A DNA stretch of 64,000 nt from Microgenomates group bacterium Gr01-1014_7 (GTDB lineage: Bacteria > Patescibacteriota > Microgenomatia > Daviesbacterales > UBA10151): contig VMGD01000003.1 of assembly GCA_007376405.1 (NCBI GenBank), positions 336 to 64,335 of the forward strand, given 5' to 3'. This document shows, piece by piece, positions 36,720 through 45,812 of the stretch. Below the pieces are notes generated by a model. It did no database searches and was not told the DNA's origin. It worked only from the letters and a program-made list of their open reading frames with translations. The translations under genes and the position numbers were made by a program. The stretch's first letter is position 1; each line of letters begins with the position of its first letter.

Positions 36720-36944
36720 ATGGCTGTTCTTGAAGCTGAAAGAGAAATAACTCCAAGAGCGGAAGAAATTCTTACCCAATTTCCAACCAGACAATCAAGA
36801 TTAAGGGTTTTCGATGAACAAGGGTTACCTTTATCAGGAGAAGAAGCTTGGCTTATGCTTCCTGAACCAGACGAACACCCGTTACTTCGCAGTTTATTTA
36901 ATGTTGTGATAAGATTTCCTCATGCCGGAGCTTCCAGAAGTTGA
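36720..36944 (+). CDS. Hypothetical small protein
   Basis: ORF only. Confidence 0.2.
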   Translation: MAVLEAEREITPRAEEILTQFPTRQSRLRVFDEQGLPLSGEEAWLMLPEPDEHPLLRSLFNVVIRFPHAGASRS

Positions 36945-37788
36945 AACTATCAAGTTAGGTTTACAAAAGAAAATTATTGGGCTAAAAATTAAAGAAATAG
37001 AAATTATTTCTCCTAAATCTTTTATTGGAAATGCAAAATTAGTAAAGGGTAAGAAAGTACTCAATATTTGGAGAAAAGCAAAGATTTTAGGTGTGGAATT
37101 AGACGGATCAGTAATACTATTTCATCTGAAAATGACTGGGCAATTAATATTTGACCCTTCGACTTCGCTCAGGGCAAGTAAGCGTTTAATTGGGGGACAT
37201 CCGACGCAAGATATGGTTGGGCCGCTGCCGAATAAGTCTACAAGGGTCATTCTCCAGTTTTCAGATGGATCAAAGATGTACTTTAATGATCAGCGCAGGT
37301 TTGGCTGGATAAAAGTAGTTGAAAGTTCAAAGTTAAAAGTGCAAAGTTTTTTAAAAAATTTGGGACCGGAGCCGCTGGAGGAAAGATTTAGCTGGCAGAT
37401 TCTGAAACAGAATCTTTTAAAGCATAAATCTCAACCTGTAAAGGTTACTCTAATGGATCAAAAGCTAATTTCCGGAGTGGGAAATATTTATGCCAATGAA
37501 GCCTGTTTTAATGCCAAACTTGATCCCCGGAAAAAGGTAAGCAGTTTGAGTGATGAAGAATTTAGGACTTTACATAGAGGAGTGGTTAAAGCACTCCGGG
37601 ATGGAATAAAGTATGGGGGTTCAACCAGGGCTCATTTTGTAGATAGTGAGGGCCATAAAGGCTATTTTTTAGATTATGCGTATGTTTATTGGAAAAATTC
37701 CCACCCATGCAAAATTTGTGGTACAGAAATTAAAAAGGTCCAACTGGGCGGCCGCGGCACCTACTTCTGCCCAAATTGCCAGGCTTGA
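36922..37788 (+). CDS. mutM: Formamidopyrimidine-DNA glycosylase (Fpg/MutM)
   Basis: N-terminal MPELPEVE (catalytic Pro2); C-terminal zinc finger CKICGT...CPNCQ. Confidence 0.8.
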   Translation: MPELPEVETIKLGLQKKIIGLKIKEIEIISPKSFIGNAKLVKGKKVLNIWRKAKILGVELDGSVILFHLKMTGQLIFDPSTSLRASKRLIGGHPTQDMVGPLPNKSTRVILQFSDGSKMYFNDQRRFGWIKVVESSKLKVQSFLKNLGPEPLEERFSWQILKQNLLKHKSQPVKVTLMDQKLISGVGNIYANEACFNAKLDPRKKVSSLSDEEFRTLHRGVVKALRDGIKYGGSTRAHFVDSEGHKGYFLDYAYVYWKNSHPCKICGTEIKKVQLGGRGTYFCPNCQA

Positions 37789-37813
37789 CAAAATACAGAC
37801 TGTATAATACAGT
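37785..37813 (+). promoter_or_regulatory. Promoter TTGACA, 17 bp spacer, TACAGT, with palindrome TACAGACTGTA (possible operator)
   Basis: Read directly from the sequence. Confidence 0.45.
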
Positions 37814-37824
37814 ATATACAATAA

Positions 37825-38127
37825 ATGAATGTTGTTAAAGAAGTTTTAGAGTTTGAATGGGATAAAGGAAATACTGGTAAAAATTTAAAACATAATGTAG
37901 AGGATAAAGAAGCAGAAGAAACTTTTTTAGACGAACATAGGTTTATTTTTAAAGACAAATTACACTCACAGGGTGAAGAGCGCTTTAGAATAATAGGTAG
38001 AACCAGGGAAGGAAGATTATTATTTATAGTTTTTACTATACGAGGTGAGAAAGTTAGAATAATATCAGCTCGAGATATTAACAAAAAGGAGGTGTACTTA
38101 TATGAAAAAAAAGTTAGTATTACCTAA
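37825..38127 (+). CDS. brnT: BrnT-family toxin
   Basis: EFEWDKGNTGKNLKHNV...ERFRIIGRTREGRLLFIVFTIRGEKVRIISARD, the classic DUF497 pattern. Confidence 0.7.
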   Translation: MNVVKEVLEFEWDKGNTGKNLKHNVEDKEAEETFLDEHRFIFKDKLHSQGEERFRIIGRTREGRLLFIVFTIRGEKVRIISARDINKKEVYLYEKKVSIT

Positions 38128-38371
38128 ATTCAAAAATGAAGATGAGGAGAGAAAATTCTGGTGGAATTTAGATCTGTCGAAATATTATGAACCAGAGGAT
38201 TTGGAACCTGTTAGTTTTCCAAATTTAAAACCTACTACCAGGTCTATTTCGATTAGAATTCCGGAATATCTTTTAAATAGGGTTAAGGAAAAAGCTAATG
38301 CGATTAATATACCTTATCAGTCTCTGATTAAAGAGTATATTCACAAGGGAGTGTTAGCTTCTAAGTATTAA
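38102..38371 (+). CDS. brnA: BrnA-family antitoxin
   Basis: PKFKNEDEERKFWWNLDLSKYYEPEDLE plus RHH. Confidence 0.65.
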   Translation: MKKKLVLPKFKNEDEERKFWWNLDLSKYYEPEDLEPVSFPNLKPTTRSISIRIPEYLLNRVKEKANAINIPYQSLIKEYIHKGVLASKY

Positions 38372-38395
38372 AGGGAAAGATTAAAGGAATAAATT

Positions 38396-38581
38396 ATGGC
38401 TAAATTAATTCCATTTCAAATTTATTTACCCAGGCAACTGCGTTCTGAAATTGACAAAATGCGTAAAGAAACAGGTGAGAGTCTAAGTGCTTATATGCGC
38501 CAAGCTGTTAAGGAGCGGTTAGAAGTTACCAATAATAAAGCCGATTTTCCAATGAAAGATATTAAGATAATTTCTCCTTAA
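38396..38581 (+). CDS. Orphan RHH/CopG-family small protein
   Basis: IYLPRQLRSEIDKMRKETGESLSAYMRQAVKERL, a ribbon-helix-helix pattern. Confidence 0.4.
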   Translation: MAKLIPFQIYLPRQLRSEIDKMRKETGESLSAYMRQAVKERLEVTNNKADFPMKDIKIISP

Positions 38582-39204
38582 CCTTTGCCCAAAATGCCAA
38601 ATAAAGGGTGAAAAGATTCACTTTCCTGCAAGCCAAAAACTATATATGTTCTTATCGTAGAACGAGGGGTCTGCAATAAAAATAATTCAGCTCTTAAATA
38701 ATTTTCCGGCAAAGCTTTCAATGTATTCTCTCCAATCATAAGATTTGATCTTACATTTGAGGCAGCAGCTTCAGCAAGAAAATCAGCCTGTCTACCAGGT
38801 TGGCCAGATATACCATAATGCAACTGTTCCGGAGATCCTATGTTGCCATGAACTACCTCACCGGTATTTACTCCAATTCCAAAACGAACCTGCCATTTAA
38901 TCTCCTGAAAATCAACTAAAGCTTCCCTTAACTCTAGCGCGGTAGTTACAGCTTGCAAGATATGATCCGTTTGTCCTGGAAAAACTCCAAAAAAAGCTCT
39001 AGTGTAGTCACCACTAAATATATCTGCTATGGTTCCGCTATTTCGGTGGATTATTGGTTCGGTTACTTTGCAAAGAGCATTTATATACATTACTTCTTCC
39101 TGCGGATTTTCAAATGCCATATCTAAACTGCTTATACGTAAACTTAAAGATGTACGTGCACTCTGACCGGATGGAAATTCTGGTGGTCTGCCTTCAGCCG
39201 TCAT
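38578..39204 (-). CDS. Minimal class III nucleotidyl cyclase domain protein (paralog-type of 32409..32993)
   Basis: FGIGVNTGEVVHGNIGS and YGISGQPGRQADFLAEAA motifs. Confidence 0.5.
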   Translation of the reverse strand: MTAEGRPPEFPSGQSARTSLSLRISSLDMAFENPQEEVMYINALCKVTEPIIHRNSGTIADIFSGDYTRAFFGVFPGQTDHILQAVTTALELREALVDFQEIKWQVRFGIGVNTGEVVHGNIGSPEQLHYGISGQPGRQADFLAEAAASNVRSNLMIGENTLKALPENYLRAELFLLQTPRSTIRTYIVFGLQESESFHPLFGILGKG

Positions 39205-39276
39205 GGTTAGTTTGTACTCTAAAAAGATTAGTTTGTCAATATTATCAAAAAGCCTTATACTTAAAGATGGAATATT

Positions 39277-40659
39277 ATGATATACAAACCGACATTTTCC
39301 TCGGTAATTGCAAACCGGGGATTTTTAAACCTGTGGGTTAATCAGATTTTAGTTCAGCTTTCCTATAATTCCTTAAATTTTGCTTTAATTATTTGGGTTT
39401 TTAGCTTAACAGGATCAAACATCGCAGTTTCCGCATTGTTATTTGCTATTTACATACCTGCTGTAATTTTGGGGCTTTTTGCCGGAGTTTTGGTGGATGT
39501 TACGGACAGAAAAAAGATAATTCTTTCAATCAATATTTTACTTTCCATTTCTTATTTCAGTCTGATCTTTTTCAAGGAGAGTTACTTTGCTATCCTAATA
39601 ATTGCTTTTTTTGTTAATGCCCTGGGCCAATTTTACGCCCCGGCAGAAGCATCAGCAATCCCTCTAATTGTTAAAAGAAGGGAGCTTATTACTGCCAATT
39701 CTATTTTTTCTGCTACTTTATATTCCTGTTTTCTTTTAGGATTCGGTTTGGCTGGCCCTTTAATTACTCATTTAGGAATTGATTTTGTTTTTGGATTTGA
39801 AGGGATAGCCTTGGCACTGGGCTTTATTTTTGCTTTGAGCTTTCCCTCCATTATTACCAGGCCGGATGAAGAGGGTAAAAAATTGCTGGTGGCTTTAAGG
39901 AAAAGAAAATTTTCCGATATTAAGGATATTGGTATTATTGAAATTGTCAGAACAATGAGGTTAATAAGGGGGAAGTTGTCGGTTGTAACCTCAATCGGGA
40001 TTCTGGCAGGAGTACAGATGGTGGTTGGAATTCTGGCAGTACTGATGCCTGGATTTTTGGAAAACTCCTTACGGATTAAAGCAACAGATGCATCTTATGT
40101 TTTAGTTATTCCCCTTGGTGCGGGAATAGTCACGGGTGGACTCGTTTTGGGAAAATTAGCACATAAATTTGTCAAAAGAATACTGGTAGGCAGAGCCATT
40201 GTTTTTGGAGGTTTACTTTTTTTTCTGGTTGGGATATCTCCAATCATTTCACCGGCAATTAACTATTTGCATAAACCCAAGGCCCTGGCCTTTTTTACCC
40301 AACCGTCCCTCTCTTCAGTGTTAATAGTCGGATCATTTCTTTTAGGCATAGCCATGGTTTCAATTTTGGTTCCATCCCAAACAGTCTTACAGGAAAATAC
40401 TCCGGAACAGGATCGGGGAAAAGTCTTTTCCGTTTTAGGGGTGGCTATGGCCGCTCTTTCTTTGATCCCGGTACTTTTAGCAGGTGTTTTGGCAGATCTT
40501 TTTGGAACAGCGCCGATTTTTACCGGATTGGGAGCAGTTATAATGTTAATAGGACTTTTGGGGCTCAAACCAAGCTTATTTTTTCCCGGTAAAAGCTTGC
40601 CATATAAGACAAAAGAATTTTTAGGACTGGGACACTGGACAAAGAGCAATGTTTCTTAA
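39277..40659 (+). CDS. MFS transporter
   Basis: 12 predicted TM helices; D-R-K-like loop motif GVLVDVTDRKKII. Confidence 0.6.
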   Translation: MIYKPTFSSVIANRGFLNLWVNQILVQLSYNSLNFALIIWVFSLTGSNIAVSALLFAIYIPAVILGLFAGVLVDVTDRKKIILSINILLSISYFSLIFFKESYFAILIIAFFVNALGQFYAPAEASAIPLIVKRRELITANSIFSATLYSCFLLGFGLAGPLITHLGIDFVFGFEGIALALGFIFALSFPSIITRPDEEGKKLLVALRKRKFSDIKDIGIIEIVRTMRLIRGKLSVVTSIGILAGVQMVVGILAVLMPGFLENSLRIKATDASYVLVIPLGAGIVTGGLVLGKLAHKFVKRILVGRAIVFGGLLFFLVGISPIISPAINYLHKPKALAFFTQPSLSSVLIVGSFLLGIAMVSILVPSQTVLQENTPEQDRGKVFSVLGVAMAALSLIPVLLAGVLADLFGTAPIFTGLGAVIMLIGLLGLKPSLFFPGKSLPYKTKEFLGLGHWTKSNVS

Positions 40660-41752
40660 AGCTTTTAATCTGACAAACTTCCGCAATTATGCCCGGCTGG
40701 AATTAAATTTCGATACACGCCCTACTATTTTAGTGGGTAATAATGCTGCCGGAAAATCTAATCTTCTGGAAGCTATTTATCTTCTTTCCACCACCAAATC
40801 TCTACGTGTTGAAACTGAAGATGAGTTGATTAAAGAAGGGGAGGAATTTGTCAGAGTGGAGGGATTTTTTCGTCCAGAGGACGACCAGCCTTTGGCTGGA
40901 GGTTCGGAAACCGAGCTTTTGGTAATAATCAACCGTTCTACAGAGCAAGTTAGCTTCAGGAAAAAAGTAATGGTTAACGGAATTTCCAAAAGAGCAGTTG
41001 ATTTTATTGGAAACTTACCGGCTGTAATTTTTTATCCTCAAGATATAAATATGGTAACCGGTGCTCCCAGCCTTCGCCGGTGGCATTTGGATTTAAGTCT
41101 TGCGCAAGTGGATTCTTCCTATAAAAAAACATTAACTTTATATGAGCAGATTTTAACTAATAGAAATAGAGTGTTAAAGAGCATCAGGGAAGGACAAGGG
41201 AAGGCAGATGAGCTTAAATACTGGACAGATGAGCTGGCAGAAAAGGGGGAAGGGGTAAGGGTAAAGCGTGAAGAATTCTTCAAGTTTATTAATAATCTGG
41301 AAAGTCCGTTGGGGGATTTTAGGTTTGAGTATTTACAGAGTCCGATTTCTGTAGAAAGATTAAGGGAAACAAATGGCAGGGAAGTGGCTGCGGCAGCAAC
41401 ATTGATAGGACCACATCGTGACGATTTTGTCGTCACGACCCTGAGCGAAGTCGAAGGGCAGGGATCACGTGATCTGGCACATTTCGGTTCAAGAGGTGAG
41501 CAAAGAACCGCTACTTTAGCCTTTAAATTAGCTCAGCTTGAATATATGGCTAAAATTTTGGGGAAGAGGCCAATACTTTTATTGGATGATGTTTTTTCCG
41601 AGCTGGATGCCAATCACCGGGCTCATGTGGTGGAAATAGTTGGCAAACAGCAAACAATCATTGCCACAGTTGAACTGGAAAATATTCCTAAATCCTTTTT
41701 AGATTCTGCAAGAATTCTTAAAGTGGAGGATGGAAAAATCAGCGGGAGTTGA
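40649..41752 (+). CDS. recF: DNA replication and repair protein RecF
   Basis: Walker A GNNAAGKSNLLEA; GPHRDD signature; carries palindromic insertions at 41417..41474. Confidence 0.8.
   Translation: MFLKAFNLTNFRNYARLELNFDTRPTILVGNNAAGKSNLLEAIYLLSTTKSLRVETEDELIKEGEEFVRVEGFFRPEDDQPLAGGSETELLVIINRSTEQVSFRKKVMVNGISKRAVDFIGNLPAVIFYPQDINMVTGAPSLRRWHLDLSLAQVDSSYKKTLTLYEQILTNRNRVLKSIREGQGKADELKYWTDELAEKGEGVRVKREEFFKFINNLESPLGDFRFEYLQSPISVERLRETNGREVAAAATLIGPHRDDFVVTTLSEVEGQGSRDLAHFGSRGEQRTATLAFKLAQLEYMAKILGKRPILLLDDVFSELDANHRAHVVEIVGKQQTIIATVELENIPKSFLDSARILKVEDGKISGS
41417..41474. repeat. Cluster of perfect palindromes inside recF (CGTGACGAttttGTCGTCACG; CCCTGAGCGAAGTCGAAGGGCAGGG, related to family A termini; GATCACGTGATC)
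   Basis: Read directly from the sequence. Confidence 0.5.
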
Positions 41753-41999
41753 ATCTGGAGGCAAGGCGGGAGAGCTGGTAAGTTATTAAGACTGCCAGAA
41801 AAGTTATTAAAAGTGCATAAATTAGTTTTGACAAAAGGCCTGATCCGGGAATTCTCGGCTCAATAAAATCATTAACAGCTTGTTGTATAGCTTCATTCCA
41901 GGCCAGTGCTGCCACCAGTCCAAATCCGGAGGTGGAAAGGGTAACCAGTTGCTGTACCAGTTCCTGATGAAAGGCCTTTTCTTTTTTATAGTCTGTCAT
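41739..41999 (-). CDS. Small hypothetical membrane protein
   Basis: ORF plus hydrophobic segments. Confidence 0.25.
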   Translation of the reverse strand: MTDYKKEKAFHQELVQQLVTLSTSGFGLVAALAWNEAIQQAVNDFIEPRIPGSGLLSKLIYALLITFLAVLITYQLSRLASRFNSR

Positions 42000-42013
42000 G
42001 ATAATATTCTAGC

Positions 42014-43072
42014 ATGCCGAAAAAAATAACGCTACCGGGTCTGGTTGATGTGCACACACACTTGCGAGAACCCGGAGCTACCCAGAAAGAGGATTTTGAA
42101 ACAGGCACCAAGGCTGCGGCTGCAGGAGGTTATACGGTTATTTTAGACATGCCTAATAATCCTATTCCCACTGTTTCCCCGCAAGCTCTAGATCAAAAAA
42201 TAGCTTTGGCAACAGGCAGAATTTACTGTGATTTGGGTTTTCACTTTGGAGCAACAAAAGACTCAACAAAGCATTTTAATCTATTAAAAAATAAAATATT
42301 TGGTTTAAAAGTTTACATGAATCATACAACAGGGGATTTACTATTGGAAGATGGTCATATTTTGGAAGAAGTTTTCTCCAGATGGCCAAAGGGCAAGATT
42401 ATAATGGTTCATGCGGAAGGTGAAACACTAATTAAAGCGATAAATTTTGCCGGGAAATTTAAATCAAGGCTTCATGTTTGTCATATAGCCACAAAGCAGG
42501 AAATTGAACTTATAAAAAAAGCAAAAAAACAGGGATTAGATATTAGCTGTGAAGTTTCATGTCATCATTTATTCTTAACAGAAGAGGATGCAAAAAGCTT
42601 GGGTCCGTTTGGCAAGGTAAGGCCGCCACTGGCTACGGAAGAAGATAGAAAATCCCTGTGGGATAATCTGGACAGTATAGATATGATTGCCTCCGACCAT
42701 GCTCCTCATACCAAAGAGGAAAAAAACGGGCCCAATCCACCCAATGGAGTGCCGGGTTTGGAAACCAGTTTACCCTTGCTTTTAACAGCAGTTAGTGAAG
42801 GTAGATTAACTATAGAAAAGTTAATAGAGTTAACAAATGAAAACCCGAGAAGAATATTTAACATCCCGGATCAGCCCGATACTTTTATTGAAGTTGAATT
42901 TACTAAACCCTATATCCTAAACCCTATACCCTTGTTTACTAAATGCCACTGGACTCCTTTTGAAGGTATGGAAGTTAGAGGAAGGGTTAAAAGGGTAATT
43001 CTGCGTGGGCAAATTGTTTTTGAAGATGGCAAAATTTCCGGTCCGTTTGGAAAAGTAATATTCCCATCTTAA
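42014..43072 (+). CDS. pyrC: Dihydroorotase-like amidohydrolase
   Basis: DVHTHLREPG metal-binding motif; location in the pyr cluster. Confidence 0.7.
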   Translation: MPKKITLPGLVDVHTHLREPGATQKEDFETGTKAAAAGGYTVILDMPNNPIPTVSPQALDQKIALATGRIYCDLGFHFGATKDSTKHFNLLKNKIFGLKVYMNHTTGDLLLEDGHILEEVFSRWPKGKIIMVHAEGETLIKAINFAGKFKSRLHVCHIATKQEIELIKKAKKQGLDISCEVSCHHLFLTEEDAKSLGPFGKVRPPLATEEDRKSLWDNLDSIDMIASDHAPHTKEEKNGPNPPNGVPGLETSLPLLLTAVSEGRLTIEKLIELTNENPRRIFNIPDQPDTFIEVEFTKPYILNPIPLFTKCHWTPFEGMEVRGRVKRVILRGQIVFEDGKISGPFGKVIFPS

Positions 43073-43088
43073 CATACATCTTGGGCGA

Positions 43089-43117
43089 TTGACATAATAC
43101 ATAATGTATGGTATGGT
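43089..43117 (+). promoter_or_regulatory. Promoter TTGACA, 17 bp spacer, TATGGT, with palindrome ACATAATGT
   Basis: Read directly from the sequence. Confidence 0.4.
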
Positions 43118-43129
43118 TACATACATAGG

Positions 43130-43426
43130 ATGGATATTGATTTTGATGATTTAGAGGGTTTTGACTGGGATCAGGGCAATCTTGAGCATATTAAGAAACA
43201 TGATGTTGCCAGGGAAGAATGTGAGCAGTCATTTTTAAATAAGCCTGTTTTTATAAATAAAGATGAAACTCATTCACAGAAAGAAGAACGGTTTCGCCTT
43301 TACGGACAAACTGACAGTGCAAGATTAATAATTTTAATATTTACAATCAGAGATAAAAAAATTAGGGTAATCTCGGCAAGAGATCAAACTAAAATGGAAC
43401 GGGAAGAATTTAGAAAAAGGAGGTGA
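43130..43426 (+). CDS. brnT: BrnT-family toxin
   Basis: FDWDQGNLEHIKKHDV...ERFRLYGQTDSARLIILIFTIRDKKIRVISARD. Confidence 0.7.
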   Translation: MDIDFDDLEGFDWDQGNLEHIKKHDVAREECEQSFLNKPVFINKDETHSQKEERFRLYGQTDSARLIILIFTIRDKKIRVISARDQTKMEREEFRKRR

Positions 43427-43432
43427 AGATTT

Positions 43433-43711
43433 ATGAAAAAGTTAAAAAAAATACCAAGATTTAAAAACGAAGATGAGGAAGATAAATTCTGGTCTACTCA
43501 CGATACCACTGATTACTTTGATTTTAGCAAAGCAATAGTTAATCCCAGCTTCCCAAACCTGAAGCCGTCTACAAGAAACATCACTATGAGGGTTTCTGAA
43601 TCAATGCTAAGAGATCTGAAGATGTTGGCCAATAAAAAGGATGTTCCGTACCAATCACTGGCTAAGATGTTTTTAGATGAGAAAATAAAGGAGGCACAAA
43701 TTAATAGTTGA
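43433..43711 (+). CDS. brnA: BrnA-family antitoxin
   Basis: PRFKNEDEEDKFWSTHDTTDYFD plus RHH. Confidence 0.65.
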   Translation: MKKLKKIPRFKNEDEEDKFWSTHDTTDYFDFSKAIVNPSFPNLKPSTRNITMRVSESMLRDLKMLANKKDVPYQSLAKMFLDEKIKEAQINS

Positions 43712-43794
43712 CAGGGAGGACTTTTATCGCTAAACTAGCAAAAGATTTATGGTAGTTCTTAGAATTAAATATCAGTTTGAATATGAAATATTAT

Positions 43795-43817
43795 CCCGCC
43801 GTGGCGGGATTTTTTTT
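43795..43817 (+). terminator. Rho-independent terminator CCCGCC-gt-GGCGGG followed by T8, directly in front of the pyrB ATG
   Basis: GC stem followed by ATTTTTTTT. Confidence 0.6.
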
Positions 43818-43824
43818 GAAAAAA

Positions 43825-44766
43825 ATGAATAAATTTAATTTTAAGGGTAGGGATATTATAGATATAAATGACTTTTCCAAAGAAGAACTGCTTTTTATTT
43901 TGAAAATGGCCAAAAAATTTGATCCCGAATATGTTAAAAGCGACCGGTCAAACTACACTATTGCCCAGGGTAAAATTGCAGGATTATTATTTTTTGAACA
44001 ATCTACCCGAACTGAACAATCATTTAGATCAGCTGCTCAAAAAATAGGCATGGGCATAATTGGATTTAATGATCCGCAGTCCACATCTATTCACAAAGGA
44101 GAGAGTTTTCCCGACACTATCAGAATAATGGATTCATATGCGGATTGTTTGATCATAAGACATCCTAAAGGTGGAGCTGCCAAAGATGCCGCAGAGGTAG
44201 CTGCGATACCGGTAATTAATGCCGGGGACGGCCCCAACCAACATCCTACACAAACTATACTGGATCTTTATACCATACAAAAAGTTGCCGGCAAATTAGA
44301 AGGTATTACAGTAGCTTTAATGGGGGATTTAAAATATGGAAGAACTGTTCATGCGTTATCTATTGCCTTAAGTCACTTTAATGTAAAACAAATTTTTATC
44401 TCCCACCCCTCTTTGGCAATGCCACAAGAATATTTAAACATTTTAAAGACAAGGAATCGAAAATATGAAGTATGGGAGAAGTTATCAATGGATTTGGAAG
44501 GAGTAGATTTTTTGTATCAAACCAGAGTTCAAAAAGAAAGATTTGCTAATTTGAATGAATATAAAAAAATAAAAGATTTATTTATACTTGACAAATCTTT
44601 TAAAAAATATCTTGATAGAGGAGTTAAACTTATGCATCCTTTGCCCAGGGTTAATGAAATAGATCCGGAGCTGGATGCACATCCTAATGCTATTTATTTT
44701 CAGCAAGCCAGGAATGGATTATATATAAGGGAAGCTTTGCTGGCACTGGTTCTTGGCAGGCTTTAA
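43825..44766 (+). CDS. pyrB: Aspartate carbamoyltransferase catalytic subunit
   Basis: STRT motif (QSTRTEQSF); HPLP motif; start trimmed to ATG 43825 downstream of the terminator (track start 43777 lies inside the hairpin). Confidence 0.8.
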   Translation: MNKFNFKGRDIIDINDFSKEELLFILKMAKKFDPEYVKSDRSNYTIAQGKIAGLLFFEQSTRTEQSFRSAAQKIGMGIIGFNDPQSTSIHKGESFPDTIRIMDSYADCLIIRHPKGGAAKDAAEVAAIPVINAGDGPNQHPTQTILDLYTIQKVAGKLEGITVALMGDLKYGRTVHALSIALSHFNVKQIFISHPSLAMPQEYLNILKTRNRKYEVWEKLSMDLEGVDFLYQTRVQKERFANLNEYKKIKDLFILDKSFKKYLDRGVKLMHPLPRVNEIDPELDAHPNAIYFQQARNGLYIREALLALVLGRL

Positions 44767-44783
44767 AGAGTAAAGGACTTTTT

Positions 44784-45812
44784 ATGCAGGGAAAACTTGT
44801 CCTGTCAGACGGGACTTATTTTTTAGGGGAAAGTTTTGGAGCTTTAGGTTCTACTTCAGGAGAGGTAGTTTTTAATACCGGCATGGTGGGGTATCCGGAA
44901 TCTTTAACTGATCCATCATATTTTGGCCAAATTCTGGTTTTAACATATCCACTGGCAGGAAATTATGGAGTCCCCAAAAAAGAATTCTGGGAATCCAAAA
45001 AAATTCAGGTAAAGGCTTTGATAGTACAAAATTATATTAATCATCCTTCACATTTTGAATCGGAAAGAAGTTTAGGTCAATGGCTTAAAGATGAGGGAAT
45101 ACCTGCACTTCAGGGAGTAGATACCCGAATGCTCACAAGAAAGCTTCGTCAGCATGGTGTTATGCTTGGAAAAATTGGGGATGCTAATATTTATGATCCC
45201 AATTATGAAAACCTCCTGCCATATGTCAGTACGGCTAAAGTAGAAACTTATGGCAGTGGCAGGAAAAATATTTTGCTTATTGATTGTGGGGCTAAAGAAA
45301 ATATTATCAGGAGTTTGATAAAGCGCGGAGTTAGGGTAACAAAAGTACCCTGGGATTTTAATCCCATGCGGGCAAAGTTTGATTTTGACGGAGTTTTTAT
45401 TTCCAATGGTCCCGGGAATCCAAAACAAGCTAAAAAAACTATAAAAAATGTTACAGGAATTTTAAAGCAAGGTATTCCTGCTTTGGGAATTTGCCTTGGT
45501 AGCCAGATTTTGGCTTTGGCAGCAGGAGGAAACACTTATAAATTAAAGTTTGGTCACAGAGGACAAAACCAGCCGGTTTTAAATTGCATTACTAATAAAT
45601 CCATAATCACTTCTCAAAATCACGGGTTTGCAGTTGATATGAAATCATTGGATTCAGGCTGGAGGGAGTGGTTTGTTAATTTAAATGACGGAACAAATGA
45701 AGGTATCAGGCACAAAAAAAGGCCATTTCTGGCAGTGCAGTTTCATCCGGAAGCTTCCCCCGGTCCATTAGACGCAAGTTATTTATTTGATGAATTTATT
45801 GGAGAATTATGA
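44784..45812 (+). CDS. carA: Carbamoyl-phosphate synthase small (glutaminase) subunit
   Basis: GICLGSQIL catalytic Cys; HPE motif. Confidence 0.85.
   Translation: MQGKLVLSDGTYFLGESFGALGSTSGEVVFNTGMVGYPESLTDPSYFGQILVLTYPLAGNYGVPKKEFWESKKIQVKALIVQNYINHPSHFESERSLGQWLKDEGIPALQGVDTRMLTRKLRQHGVMLGKIGDANIYDPNYENLLPYVSTAKVETYGSGRKNILLIDCGAKENIIRSLIKRGVRVTKVPWDFNPMRAKFDFDGVFISNGPGNPKQAKKTIKNVTGILKQGIPALGICLGSQILALAAGGNTYKLKFGHRGQNQPVLNCITNKSIITSQNHGFAVDMKSLDSGWREWFVNLNDGTNEGIRHKKRPFLAVQFHPEASPGPLDASYLFDEFIGEL

Noticed and set aside
9439-43117. Interpreting the recurring TTGACA-17-TAnnnT motif as a dispersed repeat family
   Set aside because: It is simply the sigma70 consensus, present at many unrelated genes (12048, 15645, 33034, 7326). 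Only the spacer-embedded direct/inverted repeats of the BrnTA cassettes are kept as candidate operators
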